NCBI GenBank assembly: GCA_964570365.1
Contig: CAZMXT010000002.1
Location: forward strand, 1-55,751
Origin: an uncultured Pseudomonadales bacterium
Lineage (GTDB): Bacteria > Patescibacteriota > Microgenomatia > UBA1400 > PJMF01
Reading direction: 5' to 3'
DNA: 55,751 bases
Positions 19,518-29,633 of this stretch are shown here, one piece after another. Each line of letters starts with the position of its first letter. Positions within the stretch are counted from its first letter, which is position 1. The position numbers were made by a program, and so were the translations under genes. The notes beneath the pieces were generated by a model, which did no database searches, was not told where the DNA came from, and saw nothing but the letters and a program-made list of their open reading frames with translations.

Positions 19518-21074
19518 ATGCGAGGCATCTTAACTAAGTACTATATTCCTTTGCTGATCGCCATTTTAGTATTTGCTTTTGCTACTCGAATTTGGCGTCT
19601 TGGAGAGATAAAAGGCTACATCTTCGATGAGGTGTACCACACGATTACAGCCAAGCTGATTCACCGCAATGATCCCAGAGCATATGAATGGTGGAATCCA
19701 GCAATTGAACCAAATACCGCAGTTGACTGGCTGCACCCACCGTTAGCAAAATATACACAAGCTCTGGGTATGTCTGTCTTCGGAGAAAATAGTTTTGGTT
19801 GGCGAATAAGCTCAGTGATCTTTGGTGTACTCGTCATTTGGGTCACAGCCAGGCTTGCCCTCGACATCTTCAAGAACCATGCCGTATCTCTACTGGCAGC
19901 ATTACTCGCTTCCCTGGATGGGTTACTGCTGGTTCAATCGCGAATAACCATGAACGATATTCACGTCACTTTTTTTATTCTTCTCACTGTCCTGTTTTAT
20001 GTCCGATATCGGAAGTCAGCAACGCTTCATCGCCATCTCTACCTATTTGCCACAGGGGTAAGTGCTGGATTAGCAATGAGCTCTAAGTGGTCAGGTCTTT
20101 TTGCACTCGGAACCGTTTGGTTCTTAGAATTAATACGGTTTGCGGAATCTTTGTTTTATCATCACAAAGAAAAATTCCATAAACGATCACTTCTCAATCA
20201 CCCTTTCTTTTTTGGCTTTAATAAACTGATTATTTTGGGCTTAGTCCCAGTTGCGATTTATGTGCTGTCTTATTCCCACATGTTTCTGCAAGGAAAAAGC
20301 TTGGTCTGCGAAGGCGATGTGGTGGAACAAGGGCAGTGCTACTGCAATCCCAACTCATCTTGGTGGGTAACACCGATGAAGAAAATTGCTGGCGGAGATG
20401 GCACCTCATGGGAAAAATTAGAAGCGCGAGGGGGGTGCCAGCGGATGATCTCTCATTTTTCTGAGCTAAATAGAAATATTATTGCCTACCAGACTACCTT
20501 GGAAGCCACCCATACTTATCAATCCCGCCCTTACCAATGGTTCTTCAATTTGCGCCCTGTTTGGATGTATGTTCAGTATGATAATGACGTGGTTGCCAAT
20601 ATCTATGCTCAGGGCAATCCCGTACTTTTTTGGATTGGAGATCTGGCTATTCTCTTCAGCATTAGCTTTTTATTAATGAAGTTGTGGCACGCATACTACC
20701 TAAGTAATATAAATGGGGAACGCCAAAAGTTTAAAAACCTTTTCAAGCAGTTCCACCTTAATAATGAAGTAGGCCAGGTATTTTTAATTCTGACTGCCTA
20801 CTTTGCCGTTTGGTTACCCTGGCAAATTTCTCCTCGGATCATGTTCTTTTACCATTACACGCCAGCAGTACCATTGCTGTGTATTATTCTGGCCTATTGG
20901 TTAAATAAAATTTGGCTCTCAAAAAAATTGCGTGGAAAAGGAAGCCTGTTGGTAATTGGATGTATCACCTTGATTGCAGTGAACTTCCTTCTTTTCTACC
21001 CCAACTGGACTGGAATTCAGGTACCAAAGTCGGTGGCAGAGAAGATCTATTTTTTCATCCCGAGCTGGAAGTAA
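19518..21074 (+). CDS. Protein O-mannosyltransferase-like (GT39/PMT)
   Basis: FDEVYH, HPPLAK, KWSG, HTYQSRPYQW, RIMFFYHYTP. Confidence 0.9.
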   Translation: MRGILTKYYIPLLIAILVFAFATRIWRLGEIKGYIFDEVYHTITAKLIHRNDPRAYEWWNPAIEPNTAVDWLHPPLAKYTQALGMSVFGENSFGWRISSVIFGVLVIWVTARLALDIFKNHAVSLLAALLASLDGLLLVQSRITMNDIHVTFFILLTVLFYVRYRKSATLHRHLYLFATGVSAGLAMSSKWSGLFALGTVWFLELIRFAESLFYHHKEKFHKRSLLNHPFFFGFNKLIILGLVPVAIYVLSYSHMFLQGKSLVCEGDVVEQGQCYCNPNSSWWVTPMKKIAGGDGTSWEKLEARGGCQRMISHFSELNRNIIAYQTTLEATHTYQSRPYQWFFNLRPVWMYVQYDNDVVANIYAQGNPVLFWIGDLAILFSISFLLMKLWHAYYLSNINGERQKFKNLFKQFHLNNEVGQVFLILTAYFAVWLPWQISPRIMFFYHYTPAVPLLCIILAYWLNKIWLSKKLRGKGSLLVIGCITLIAVNFLLFYPNWTGIQVPKSVAEKIYFFIPSWK

Positions 21075-24000
21075 CTATCCTAAAAACTCAAGCCCTCGAA
21101 TCTCTCCCATCACCTGCTTAATAAGTTCTTTCAAAGCCTCGACATCTTCATCTAACAGCGGCACTGATCGGCGCACAAACTTGCCGTCCCGGTCAGGCTC
21201 TACAAAATCAAAAATACCTTCTGCCACACTGCCTTTAAAGCTCTTATCTAACTGGAGTAGCAACTTATAAAAAAGCAGTTGTCGTTTAAAAGGACCGCGA
21301 ATATTTTCTGGCAGCTCAAGTTCCCTTTCTGAAAACTCCGCTGTCCCAACACTTCCGGAGATCTCATTATCAGTCCGGCTTCGACCCGTTTTGTAATCAA
21401 TCACCCTGACGCTCTGAACTGCATGATCGATCAAGTCTACCCGATCAATTCTGCCTGTTAACTGAATGTCATCCAAAACAGTGGCGCTCCAACCATAACC
21501 AAAGAACTTCTCCACAAATAATGGAGCTATGACCTCATCTCCATATAACGCTAAGAACTGCGTTAAAACTTCTTCACCCCGGCGGAGTCGCAGCTGGAAC
21601 TCTTCCTTGGTTAGTACTTCTTTTTCTAAAGCTCGACGATAGACCCCTAAAACTTCACTTACCTTAGCTTTCTTTTTGTGCTCCTGAATAGATTTATAAA
21701 AAAATTCAAGCGCTGCATGGACTGCAGTACCAAATGCTTGATAGGGTTGGGTCACCTGTGGAACTTTCAATAAGGTAGTCTCTATAAACTCTTCGGGCGA
21801 CCGGAGGTACTGATTTAAAGAAGACGCTGACAACTTAAAGTCCTGAACAACTCGTTCTAACCACTCTCTCTCGGAAATACTCCAAGCTCGGGAAGGCGCT
21901 GGCGTCACTAACTGAGTCAAATATACATCTGGATTCTCAATCATATCTTCGTTTTTGACCAACTGTTTTCGTTCAGCCGCAATAGTTTCTATAAACATAC
22001 TCCCTAAGCTCGTCTTCGCCCGATTTGCAGTCATAGTCATTTCTGGATAGCTGATAATGACTTGTCTTTTTGCGCGGGTTAGAGCCACATAAAAAAGCCG
22101 CCGATCATCTTCATTCTGATCACGCTCTTCAGAGTCGCTGTGCCTGAGGATGCCGGAAGGCAGCGGCAAGCTCGTCATCTGCCGCGCGTTTCCCCACTTT
22201 CCATCTAGACACTGAGTGATGAAAACATACTGCCACTCCTGGCCTTTGGCTTTATGCACTGTGGAGAGATGAACTGCGTCAGCTCCTTCTGCGACTTGCT
22301 CAGTTACAATGCGGATACCATGGTTCTGCATAGTGGTAATTGCGCGTAAAAGTTCTTCGATGTGGAACTGTTGGTTGTGTTGAGCGAGCGCATGAACCTG
22401 ACGCGAAAAAGCAGTCAGTTGGTGCAGCAGCGTTACTTTATGTGGCTGACTTAAAATCCAATCTAGAAAACCCGATTCCTTCATCACCATTTCTAGCCAC
22501 GCTGGTACAGTCATCTCCGAATCTTGTTGTCCCCACTTGACCAATTTATTGGCAAAGTCTTCTAAAATAGCGAAATCAATTGCGGTGACACTTTCACAGA
22601 ACTGTAACTTGCAGAGCTCAATGTACCCGCGATTAATTCGGTCAAAGATCGACATCTTCGTTCTCCCAGCTGCTCGTGTGACAGTCATGACTAGTAAGTG
22701 ATTGAGCTGCGCCCAGGGGTAATTCATGACTTCAAAAAGTTCGTGTCCTTCGTTTGAATTTCTAAGATCAGTAATTACTCGAACCAAACTCAGAAACTGC
22801 TGGAGCTCTAGACTCTTCAGTGCATCATCACCGCCATCTATAATGTAAGGGAGCTGCCATTTTTCTAGCGCTGTTTGGATCTCCGTAGAGTCCGCATTAT
22901 TCTTGTAGAGAATAGCCACTTCTCGCAACGAGACTCCTTTATCCAGTAACTTCTTTATTTCTTCTGCGATGTAAATTGTTTCTAGAACTGTTGAGGGGGC
23001 TGCATGGACCTGAATGAGTTTCCCTTTCCCCGTTGTGCTCTGCAGCGGATCATGCAACTGCTCTAGCAATGCTTTCATCGGCGTACTGACCTGCAACACA
23101 TCTTCCTTTGATTGATCCTGATCATGGATAACTTCCGCAGCTGCATCGTAAATTACCTGTGGACAGCGATATCCAAGCTTCAAAGTCACTACTGCTGCTT
23201 TGGGATACCGTTCTACAAAGTTCAGGGTGTTTTCTAAAGAAGCACCTTGGAATCTATAAATGGATTGGTGTGGATCACCCACTACAAAAATATTAGCTTC
23301 CTCTCCCCAGAAGGAAGCTAATAAATCAACTACTCGATTTTGAGCGGCATTTGTATCCTGATACTCATCTACTAAAAAGTATGTCAGTTTCTCTTGGTAT
23401 TCAAGCAATAGCTCTGGCTCCCGTGCAAAGGCTTCGGCTACAAAAGCGATCATGTCATCATAGTCGTAGCGGGATCGTTTTCTGAGCTGCTCTTGATACT
23501 GTTGATAGAGGAGAACCAGCTCCTCCATTTTAGCCAGATTTTTCTTACGCTTCGCAAGCTCACCTTTTTTTAACTCAGTCTGCACTTTTTCAAACTCAAC
23601 TTTCTCTTCTAAAACAAGTTCCTCCAATCGCTTCTCATTCACACCCTCACGCTTCAAATCAGAGATGACCTTAATGATCGACTTTAAGTAGTGATAAGGA
23701 GAGTTGACTGTACGCAACGCAGTGAGCTCAGGATTACGCAATAATTCTTCCAGTAAATCATATCTCTCCAGGTCAGAGAGCACTTCACTGTTGGGAGCTA
23801 GAGGGAAGTGTTCTGGACAAGCTCTAAGGACCTCATCGCAAAAAGAGTGAAATGTTTGGACGTGCACCGAGTAAGCAGTTGGACCAATCAATGAGATCAG
23901 TCTTTGGCGCATATTCTGAGCCGCGGACTCAGTAAAGGTGAGTGCCAGGATGGCGTACGGCGATGTATCTGTCTTTAAAAGAATATTGGCAATCCGAGTA

Positions 24001-24131
24001 GCCAGAATTTGAGTTTTGCCCGTCCCAGGACCCGCTACTACCATGACTGGACCCTCAATAGTATCGACTGCCAGCTTTTGCTGCAGATTTAGTTGCTGGT
24101 AGGCGGCTTGAAATGGTGTGGAAGACTTCAT
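21075..24131 (-). CDS. UvrD/PcrA-like SF1 helicase with C-terminal PD-(D/E)xK nuclease
   Basis: AGPGTGKT, VDEYQD, VGDPHQSIYRFQGA, TVHKAKGQEW, YVALTRAK, then GRIDRVD...IDYKTG. Confidence 0.93.
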   Translation of the reverse strand: MKSSTPFQAAYQQLNLQQKLAVDTIEGPVMVVAGPGTGKTQILATRIANILLKTDTSPYAILALTFTESAAQNMRQRLISLIGPTAYSVHVQTFHSFCDEVLRACPEHFPLAPNSEVLSDLERYDLLEELLRNPELTALRTVNSPYHYLKSIIKVISDLKREGVNEKRLEELVLEEKVEFEKVQTELKKGELAKRKKNLAKMEELVLLYQQYQEQLRKRSRYDYDDMIAFVAEAFAREPELLLEYQEKLTYFLVDEYQDTNAAQNRVVDLLASFWGEEANIFVVGDPHQSIYRFQGASLENTLNFVERYPKAAVVTLKLGYRCPQVIYDAAAEVIHDQDQSKEDVLQVSTPMKALLEQLHDPLQSTTGKGKLIQVHAAPSTVLETIYIAEEIKKLLDKGVSLREVAILYKNNADSTEIQTALEKWQLPYIIDGGDDALKSLELQQFLSLVRVITDLRNSNEGHELFEVMNYPWAQLNHLLVMTVTRAAGRTKMSIFDRINRGYIELCKLQFCESVTAIDFAILEDFANKLVKWGQQDSEMTVPAWLEMVMKESGFLDWILSQPHKVTLLHQLTAFSRQVHALAQHNQQFHIEELLRAITTMQNHGIRIVTEQVAEGADAVHLSTVHKAKGQEWQYVFITQCLDGKWGNARQMTSLPLPSGILRHSDSEERDQNEDDRRLFYVALTRAKRQVIISYPEMTMTANRAKTSLGSMFIETIAAERKQLVKNEDMIENPDVYLTQLVTPAPSRAWSISEREWLERVVQDFKLSASSLNQYLRSPEEFIETTLLKVPQVTQPYQAFGTAVHAALEFFYKSIQEHKKKAKVSEVLGVYRRALEKEVLTKEEFQLRLRRGEEVLTQFLALYGDEVIAPLFVEKFFGYGWSATVLDDIQLTGRIDRVDLIDHAVQSVRVIDYKTGRSRTDNEISGSVGTAEFSERELELPENIRGPFKRQLLFYKLLLQLDKSFKGSVAEGIFDFVEPDRDGKFVRRSVPLLDEDVEALKELIKQVMGEIRGLEFLG

Positions 24132-24159
24132 GACTAGAGTCTACTACGAAAAATGCTGC

Positions 24160-24468
24160 TTAGAATACAAACGACGCAACAATTCCAATAATAATAGCAA
24201 TTACGAGCAAGTTACCTAAGCCACTAATAGCCAAAATTCCAAGCAGAGTCAGTAGCCACAAGGCGAACAAGACACCAGCAATCTCTCGGAACGGACTTGG
24301 CAGTATCCCGATTGCAGCCAAAACGACGAAGAAAATTAAAACATTCCAGAGGGTAATAGGTCTGCCATTGAGTTGAAAAAGAACGTAGTCAGGGATATTG
24401 AGCCCTCTAATGTCGATGTAGCCGAGAAACCAAAGCGCTATTAAAATAAGCAAAATGACTATTAGCAT
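24160..24468 (-). CDS. Small hydrophobic membrane protein
   Basis: About 102 aa, almost entirely hydrophobic; GGAGG upstream of ATG 24468. Confidence 0.7.
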   Translation of the reverse strand: MLIVILLILIALWFLGYIDIRGLNIPDYVLFQLNGRPITLWNVLIFFVVLAAIGILPSPFREIAGVLFALWLLTLLGILAISGLGNLLVIAIIIGIVASFVF

Positions 24469-24706
24469 AGAAGCCTCCAAATGATTTTACTTCGCTTTAA
24501 GTAAGTAAGAATAAAGAGATTATACCTAGTTGAGGATAGCTGAACAGTAAGGAATGGGTAAGAGGATGAGAGATTAAAGAAAAAAGTCAAGATTTAGTCT
24601 TCTTCTCCACTTTTAGTAACTTTTTCATCTCGAAGAGCCTGCTGAATTTGTCTATCTGCTTCTGCAACAGCTTAGGACCATTCTCATGTAAGCAACTCAC
24701 CTTATG

Positions 24707-24780
24707 TCGGGCTGGCGGGACTCGAACCCACGACCTCACGCACCCCATGCGTGCATTCTAGCCATCTGAACTACAGCCCG
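24707..24780 (-). tRNA. tRNA-Pro(GGG), CCA not encoded
   Basis: Minus strand reads CGGGCTG...CACGC-ATGGGGT-GCGTG...GGTTCGAGTCC...CAGCCCG-A, a complete cloverleaf. Confidence 0.96.
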
Positions 24781-24891
24781 AAACAACCGCTTCCTTGAGA
24801 TGAGAACTTATTAAGCAAACAAAAGACGAAGTTCCCTCTTACTATTTTCCTACACTTCATGTAAGAATTCTTTGTTAATCTAAATGGAATT

Positions 24892-24907
24892 CTACATTAT
24901 GATGTAG
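24892..24907 (+). promoter_or_regulatory. Palindrome over the recA -10 box (candidate repressor/SOS box)
   Basis: CTACAT-N4-ATGTAG overlapping TATGAT (24898-24903), 21 nt before the recA ATG. Confidence 0.4.
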
Positions 24908-24928
24908 TAACTGCCCAGAAGGACATCT

Positions 24929-26008
24929 ATGCCAAAAACAGCAGCCGTTCCCACCCCGGACACCAAACAGGAGTCTGGCCGTAATCAAGCAGTAAATATC
25001 GCCATTCAGCAAATTGAGAAGCAATTTGGGAAGGGCTCGATTATGAAGATGGGTGAATCTCCTAGTGTGCTTGGTCAAGTTCCTGTGATCTCTACAGGTT
25101 CACTTGCCCTCAATCTAGCCCTAGGAATCGGTGGCTTTCCTCGTGGTCGCATCATCGAGATCTATGGACCAGAAGCATCTGGAAAAACCTCTGTCTGTCT
25201 TCATGCCATTGCGGAAGTCCAAAAAGCTGGTGGTGTAGCTGCCTTTATCGACGTAGAAAATGCACTGGACCCTATTCGAGCTCAGAAAATTGGCGTCAAC
25301 ATCGATAACATGTTTATCTCCCAACCTGATTACGGTGAGCAAGCTCTCGAAATAGCGGAAACCTTAATTCGCTCAGGTGGCATGGACATCATTGTGATTG
25401 ACTCGGTTGCAGCCTTGGTTCCAAAAGCCGAGATTGAGGGTGACATGGGTGATGCGCAGATGGGACTCCAAGCCCGCCTCATGTCTCAAGCTATGAGAAA
25501 ACTGACCGCAGCCATTAACAAAACCAAAACTCTGGTCATCTTCACCAACCAATTGCGGATGAAAATTGGGGTGATGTTTGGCAACCCAGAAACTACTACA
25601 GGCGGAAACGCACTCAAGTTCTACGCTTCAATGCGGATAGATATTCGGAAGATTGGAAATATCCAAGAAGGCGATCAAATCGTGGGTAGTCGTCACCGAG
25701 TCAAAGTTGTCAAAAATAAGCTGGCACCTCCCTTCCGTTTAGCTGAGTTCGATATGGATGATGCCGGCATCTCTAGAGAAGGAGATATTGTCGACATCGG
25801 CGCCGAAAAAGAAGTGCTGGATAAGAGTGGGAGCTTCTATAAGTTTAAAGGGGAGGTAATTGGCCAAGGCCGAGAAGCTGCTAAACAGTATCTGCGAGAA
25901 AATCCAAATGTCACCAAGGAAGTAGAGAAATTGATTTGGGAAAAAGTTAAATCAGCTATAAAACCTTTGCCTAAAGCAGCTCCTGCGGAGGAAGCAGTAG
26001 CCACCTAA
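24929..26008 (+). CDS. recA: Recombinase A
   Basis: [36 protein letters not shown]. Confidence 0.99.
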   Translation: MPKTAAVPTPDTKQESGRNQAVNIAIQQIEKQFGKGSIMKMGESPSVLGQVPVISTGSLALNLALGIGGFPRGRIIEIYGPEASGKTSVCLHAIAEVQKAGGVAAFIDVENALDPIRAQKIGVNIDNMFISQPDYGEQALEIAETLIRSGGMDIIVIDSVAALVPKAEIEGDMGDAQMGLQARLMSQAMRKLTAAINKTKTLVIFTNQLRMKIGVMFGNPETTTGGNALKFYASMRIDIRKIGNIQEGDQIVGSRHRVKVVKNKLAPPFRLAEFDMDDAGISREGDIVDIGAEKEVLDKSGSFYKFKGEVIGQGREAAKQYLRENPNVTKEVEKLIWEKVKSAIKPLPKAAPAEEAVAT

Positions 26009-26026
26009 AGTCATACCTACCTCTCT

Positions 26027-26063
26027 GCACAGCTGTATGCAAGCATTACAGCTGTGCTTTCTT
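26027..26063 (+). terminator. Intrinsic terminator after recA
   Basis: GCACAGCTGTA...TACAGCTGTGC stem followed by TTTCTT. Confidence 0.75.
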
Positions 26064-26097
26064 GAGGGCCACATCTGGTAAACTCTCTCCACGCTCA

Positions 26098-26126
26098 TTG
26101 ACGTTGAGCTCTAAAACGGGTACAAT
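26098..26126 (+). promoter_or_regulatory. Sigma70 promoter of rny
   Basis: TTGACG-17 nt-TACAAT. Confidence 0.75.
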
Positions 26127-26135
26127 AGTCGCAGC

Positions 26136-26264
26136 AATCATCAGAAAAACGGATTACTTAGAGTATATTTAGTATGAATTACCAAGCCGAGCCCCATACT
26201 CATATTTCTGCAACTGGACGAGCACACGCCGCACCAGTTTTTTCCGTTTAAGTTTCTGATGACT
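26136..26264. ncRNA. Structured RNA element upstream of rny (three-way junction)
   Basis: Closing stem CATCAGAAA-AACGGA / TCCGTT-TTTCTGATG encloses AGTATG/CATACT and AACTGG/CCAGTT hairpins; strand ambiguous. Confidence 0.55.
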
Positions 26265-26323
26265 CAAGTTATGTACTGTGAACGACGAATGATCGGCGTT
26301 CACAATTTTAGAATGGAGTTATC

Positions 26324-27967
26324 ATGTCATTTTTTGGCAATCTATCATCCCTATTCAACACTTCAACAAAAAAGACTGGTGTCGCTGGAAAACAACCAGT
26401 TCGCGTGCCTCAGTCACCCGCTTCAAGTGCTCCAGCGGGCTTACAGCCAGCACCAACACCAGCTGGAACTACAAAAGACCTAGGAAAAAGTAAATTTACT
26501 CCTCAAGCTCCCGTTGTTAAGCAGCCCACTCACGTTGACCAGATGGCTGCAGTGAACCATGAAGCAGCTGCTCGTGAAGCTCAGGCTCGTGCCCGTGAAA
26601 TTATTGTGGAGGCAAAAGACGAAGCCTTAGCGATTCGCACCAAAGCGGAGCATGATGCTCGAGATCTTCGTCGTCAGTTAGAAGAACAACAACGATCTAT
26701 TGAAGGCAAGCTCGATAAAATCGAAGTCCGACTGACTCAAATGGATGATCGTGAACAACAACTTGAAAAAATTCGCCAAGACCTTACTACCAGTAGACAG
26801 AAGTTGGATGAATCCAAGGATCAGGTACTCAAAGAGTTAGAAAACGTTTCGAGCATGACACATGATGAAGCTCGCGCCACCTTGTTTGAAAACTTAGAAA
26901 AGAAGCTTTCTAAAGAAATGGCTACGTTAATTCGTCAGAAAGAAGAAGAAGCCAAGAATGAAGCCCAAGAAAAAGTCAAAGAAATCTTAGTCGACTCAAT
27001 GAAGCATGGTGCCACTGATTATGTGGCTGAGTACACCGTTTCCATTGTCCAACTTTCCTCAGAAGAGGATAAAAGTCGGATCATTGGGAAAGCCGGGCGC
27101 AACATTCGTACCTTTGAGCGTGAAACTGGCGTGGATGTAGACCTAGATGTCTCACCTACTGAAGTTCGCTTATCTTCCTTCGATCCTGTCCGACGTGAAA
27201 TCGCCAGAATTTCTCTAGAAAGATTAGTCAAGGATGGTCGAATTCAGCCAGCTCGGATTGAAGAAGTGGTCAAAAAGGTAGCTACTGAGCTCGATAGGAT
27301 TATGTTTGAAGAAGGCAAGAAACTTTGCCAAGCTGTAGGTGTCTACAACATGCCTCCAGAGCTGACCCAGATGCTGGGTCGCTTCAAGTATCGTTTCTCC
27401 TATGGTCAGAATCTGATTGGTCATACCTTAGAAGAAACCAAGATTGGTATTAAGCTGGCACACGAGATGGGCTTAGATGTGAGTACGGTCAAGCTTGGCT
27501 GTCTGCTTCATGACATTGGCAAGGTCAGTCCAGACGAAGAAGGAAGTCACGTGGAGCTAGGTGTCAAGATTGCCAAGAAATATGGCATGCCTCAGGCAGT
27601 TATCGACTGTATCGCCCAACACCACGAGGATGAGCCGTTCAGCAGTCCAGAATCAATGATCGTCTATGTCTCTGACGCAATCTCTGGCGCACGCCCTGGT
27701 GCTCGCTACGAGAACTACGAAGAGTACGTCAAACGACTGGAGAAGCTAGAAACTATTGCTACTTCATACCCAGAAGTGGATCATGCATTCGCAATTCAAG
27801 CTGGTCGAGAAGTCAGAGTACTACTCATTCCAGAAAAATCGAAGGATGATGATGTACAAGTGCTAGCTCTCAAGATTCGTGATCGAGTCAAGAACGAAAT
27901 GACCTACCCTGGAACTGTAACAGTGACGGTCATCCGCGAAACTCGTGGCCAACAAGTTGCTTCATAA
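26324..27967 (+). CDS. rny: Ribonuclease Y
   Basis: Coiled coil, KH domain (RIIGKAGRNIR), HD domain (LLHDIGK), DAISGARPGAR. Confidence 0.97.
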   Translation: MSFFGNLSSLFNTSTKKTGVAGKQPVRVPQSPASSAPAGLQPAPTPAGTTKDLGKSKFTPQAPVVKQPTHVDQMAAVNHEAAAREAQARAREIIVEAKDEALAIRTKAEHDARDLRRQLEEQQRSIEGKLDKIEVRLTQMDDREQQLEKIRQDLTTSRQKLDESKDQVLKELENVSSMTHDEARATLFENLEKKLSKEMATLIRQKEEEAKNEAQEKVKEILVDSMKHGATDYVAEYTVSIVQLSSEEDKSRIIGKAGRNIRTFERETGVDVDLDVSPTEVRLSSFDPVRREIARISLERLVKDGRIQPARIEEVVKKVATELDRIMFEEGKKLCQAVGVYNMPPELTQMLGRFKYRFSYGQNLIGHTLEETKIGIKLAHEMGLDVSTVKLGCLLHDIGKVSPDEEGSHVELGVKIAKKYGMPQAVIDCIAQHHEDEPFSSPESMIVYVSDAISGARPGARYENYEEYVKRLEKLETIATSYPEVDHAFAIQAGREVRVLLIPEKSKDDDVQVLALKIRDRVKNEMTYPGTVTVTVIRETRGQQVAS

Positions 27968-27985
27968 ATGATAAAATAAAAAACG

Positions 27986-28201
27986 ATGCAAAGCTTCCTC
28001 TTGATTGCCCAAATTATCATTTCTGTTCTCTTAACTGTAGCAATTCTGCTCCAGGCACAGGGATCAGGCTTAGGTTCAACTTGGGCAGGTGGCGGTGAAA
28101 CGTATCACACCAAACGTGGTATCGAGAAAGTGGTCTTTGTCTTTACTGGCATTGCCATTGTCATCTTTACTGCGTTATCAGTGGCGAACCTAATCGTTTA
28201 A
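27986..28201 (+). CDS. secG: Preprotein translocase subunit SecG
   Basis: ILLQAQGSGLG...YHTKRGIEK between two TM segments. Confidence 0.92.
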   Translation: MQSFLLIAQIIISVLLTVAILLQAQGSGLGSTWAGGGETYHTKRGIEKVVFVFTGIAIVIFTALSVANLIV

Positions 28202-28220
28202 CGCCTACTCGACTTCGCTC

Positions 28221-29633
28221 ATGCGTAAGTACTACTGGTATATTTCAATCTTTTTTAAGAAGCACGGTCTGACGATTGTTGCCTCAGTTGTTGCGGCCAT
28301 CATTCTTTTTTCACTTTTCCTGCCATTCCTACTGCGGGTATTCGAGTCCAAACAGCGATCGTACATTGGAGTCATAGGCCGGTATAGCTTGAACGCTCTG
28401 CCAGTCAAAATTCAACATGAAGTGAGTAATGGCTTAACCTTCATCGAAGAAGATGGCTCTGCCACACCTGACCTCTCTGAGAGGTGGAGCATCGAGGATG
28501 AAGGGAAAACCTACCGGTTTTTACTCCGCCAAAATGTGAAGTGGCAAGATGGCAAGGCTCTTGAAGCTTCAGATATCTCTTATCAGTTTAAAGATGTCCA
28601 AACTATTTCGACCGCGAACGAAATTATTTTCAAGCTCAAAGATCCCTTTGCTCCCTTCCCCACTGTCGTAGCCCAGCCCATTTTTCGCACTACAACTGAA
28701 CCATACCTCTTTTTCTTTCGTCGCAAGAAACTCTTAGGCACTGGCAATTATCAAGTTGCCAGCTTCAAAGAAACTGGCGAGCGTTTACAAGAGATTGTTT
28801 TAGATAATCCACGTGATCAAAAAATCTATCGTTTCTACCTAACTGAAGAGGATGCAATAAATGGTTTCAAGAGAGGGGAAATTGATGAACTACCAGAGCT
28901 TTCTCATCTAGCCGATCTACGATCATGGCCAACAGTTGAAGTCAAAGAAACCCTCGATCAACAGACGTACTTGGGTGTTTTCTTTAACCTAAATGACGAT
29001 GTTTTCAAGAACAAAGAGTTGCGACAGGCACTCAGCTACACTTTAGCAAAACCTACGGATGAAACCCGGGCAGTGGGACCAATTAGTTCTACTTCTTGGG
29101 CTTTTAAAGACGTGGGTAAAACCTACGAGTATGATGTCAATCGCGGCATTGAACGGCTGCTATCTACTAATGGTCTCCCTCGCCAACCGATTCGGTTTGT
29201 GCTCAAGACCACCCCCAACTTCTTAGGTGAAGCCGAACAAATCAAGCAACAGTGGCAGCAGTTTGGCCAACGAGCTGCACAAGTATGTTTAGAGACGAAA
29301 GAAATCAAAGAAAAAGAGCTGTGCAATAACATGAAGATGGAGATTGATATTGTGGTAAATAACGTGCCTGATACAAGTAACTTCCAAGCTTTGCTGGTAG
29401 GTCAAGTCTCCCCGAGTGACCCAGATCAGTACCATCTCTGGCATAGTGATCAGCCCACTAACTTTACTGGATATCAGAATACTCGGATTGATAGCCTTTT
29501 AGAACGTGGCCGTCAAATAGATGATCAAAAAAGGCGTCTGGAAATATATCAGGATTTCCAACAATTTTTCTCTGAAGATGCAGCGGTCATTTTTCTGCGA
29601 CACTTACCCAAGTTAACTGTCAAACGGAAGTAG
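28221..29633 (+). CDS. ABC transporter substrate-binding protein, family 5 (peptide/nickel-like)
   Basis: PDLSERW, YRFLLRQNVKWQDG, LRQALSY, DPDQYHLWHS. Confidence 0.87.
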   Translation: MRKYYWYISIFFKKHGLTIVASVVAAIILFSLFLPFLLRVFESKQRSYIGVIGRYSLNALPVKIQHEVSNGLTFIEEDGSATPDLSERWSIEDEGKTYRFLLRQNVKWQDGKALEASDISYQFKDVQTISTANEIIFKLKDPFAPFPTVVAQPIFRTTTEPYLFFFRRKKLLGTGNYQVASFKETGERLQEIVLDNPRDQKIYRFYLTEEDAINGFKRGEIDELPELSHLADLRSWPTVEVKETLDQQTYLGVFFNLNDDVFKNKELRQALSYTLAKPTDETRAVGPISSTSWAFKDVGKTYEYDVNRGIERLLSTNGLPRQPIRFVLKTTPNFLGEAEQIKQQWQQFGQRAAQVCLETKEIKEKELCNNMKMEIDIVVNNVPDTSNFQALLVGQVSPSDPDQYHLWHSDQPTNFTGYQNTRIDSLLERGRQIDDQKRRLEIYQDFQQFFSEDAAVIFLRHLPKLTVKRK

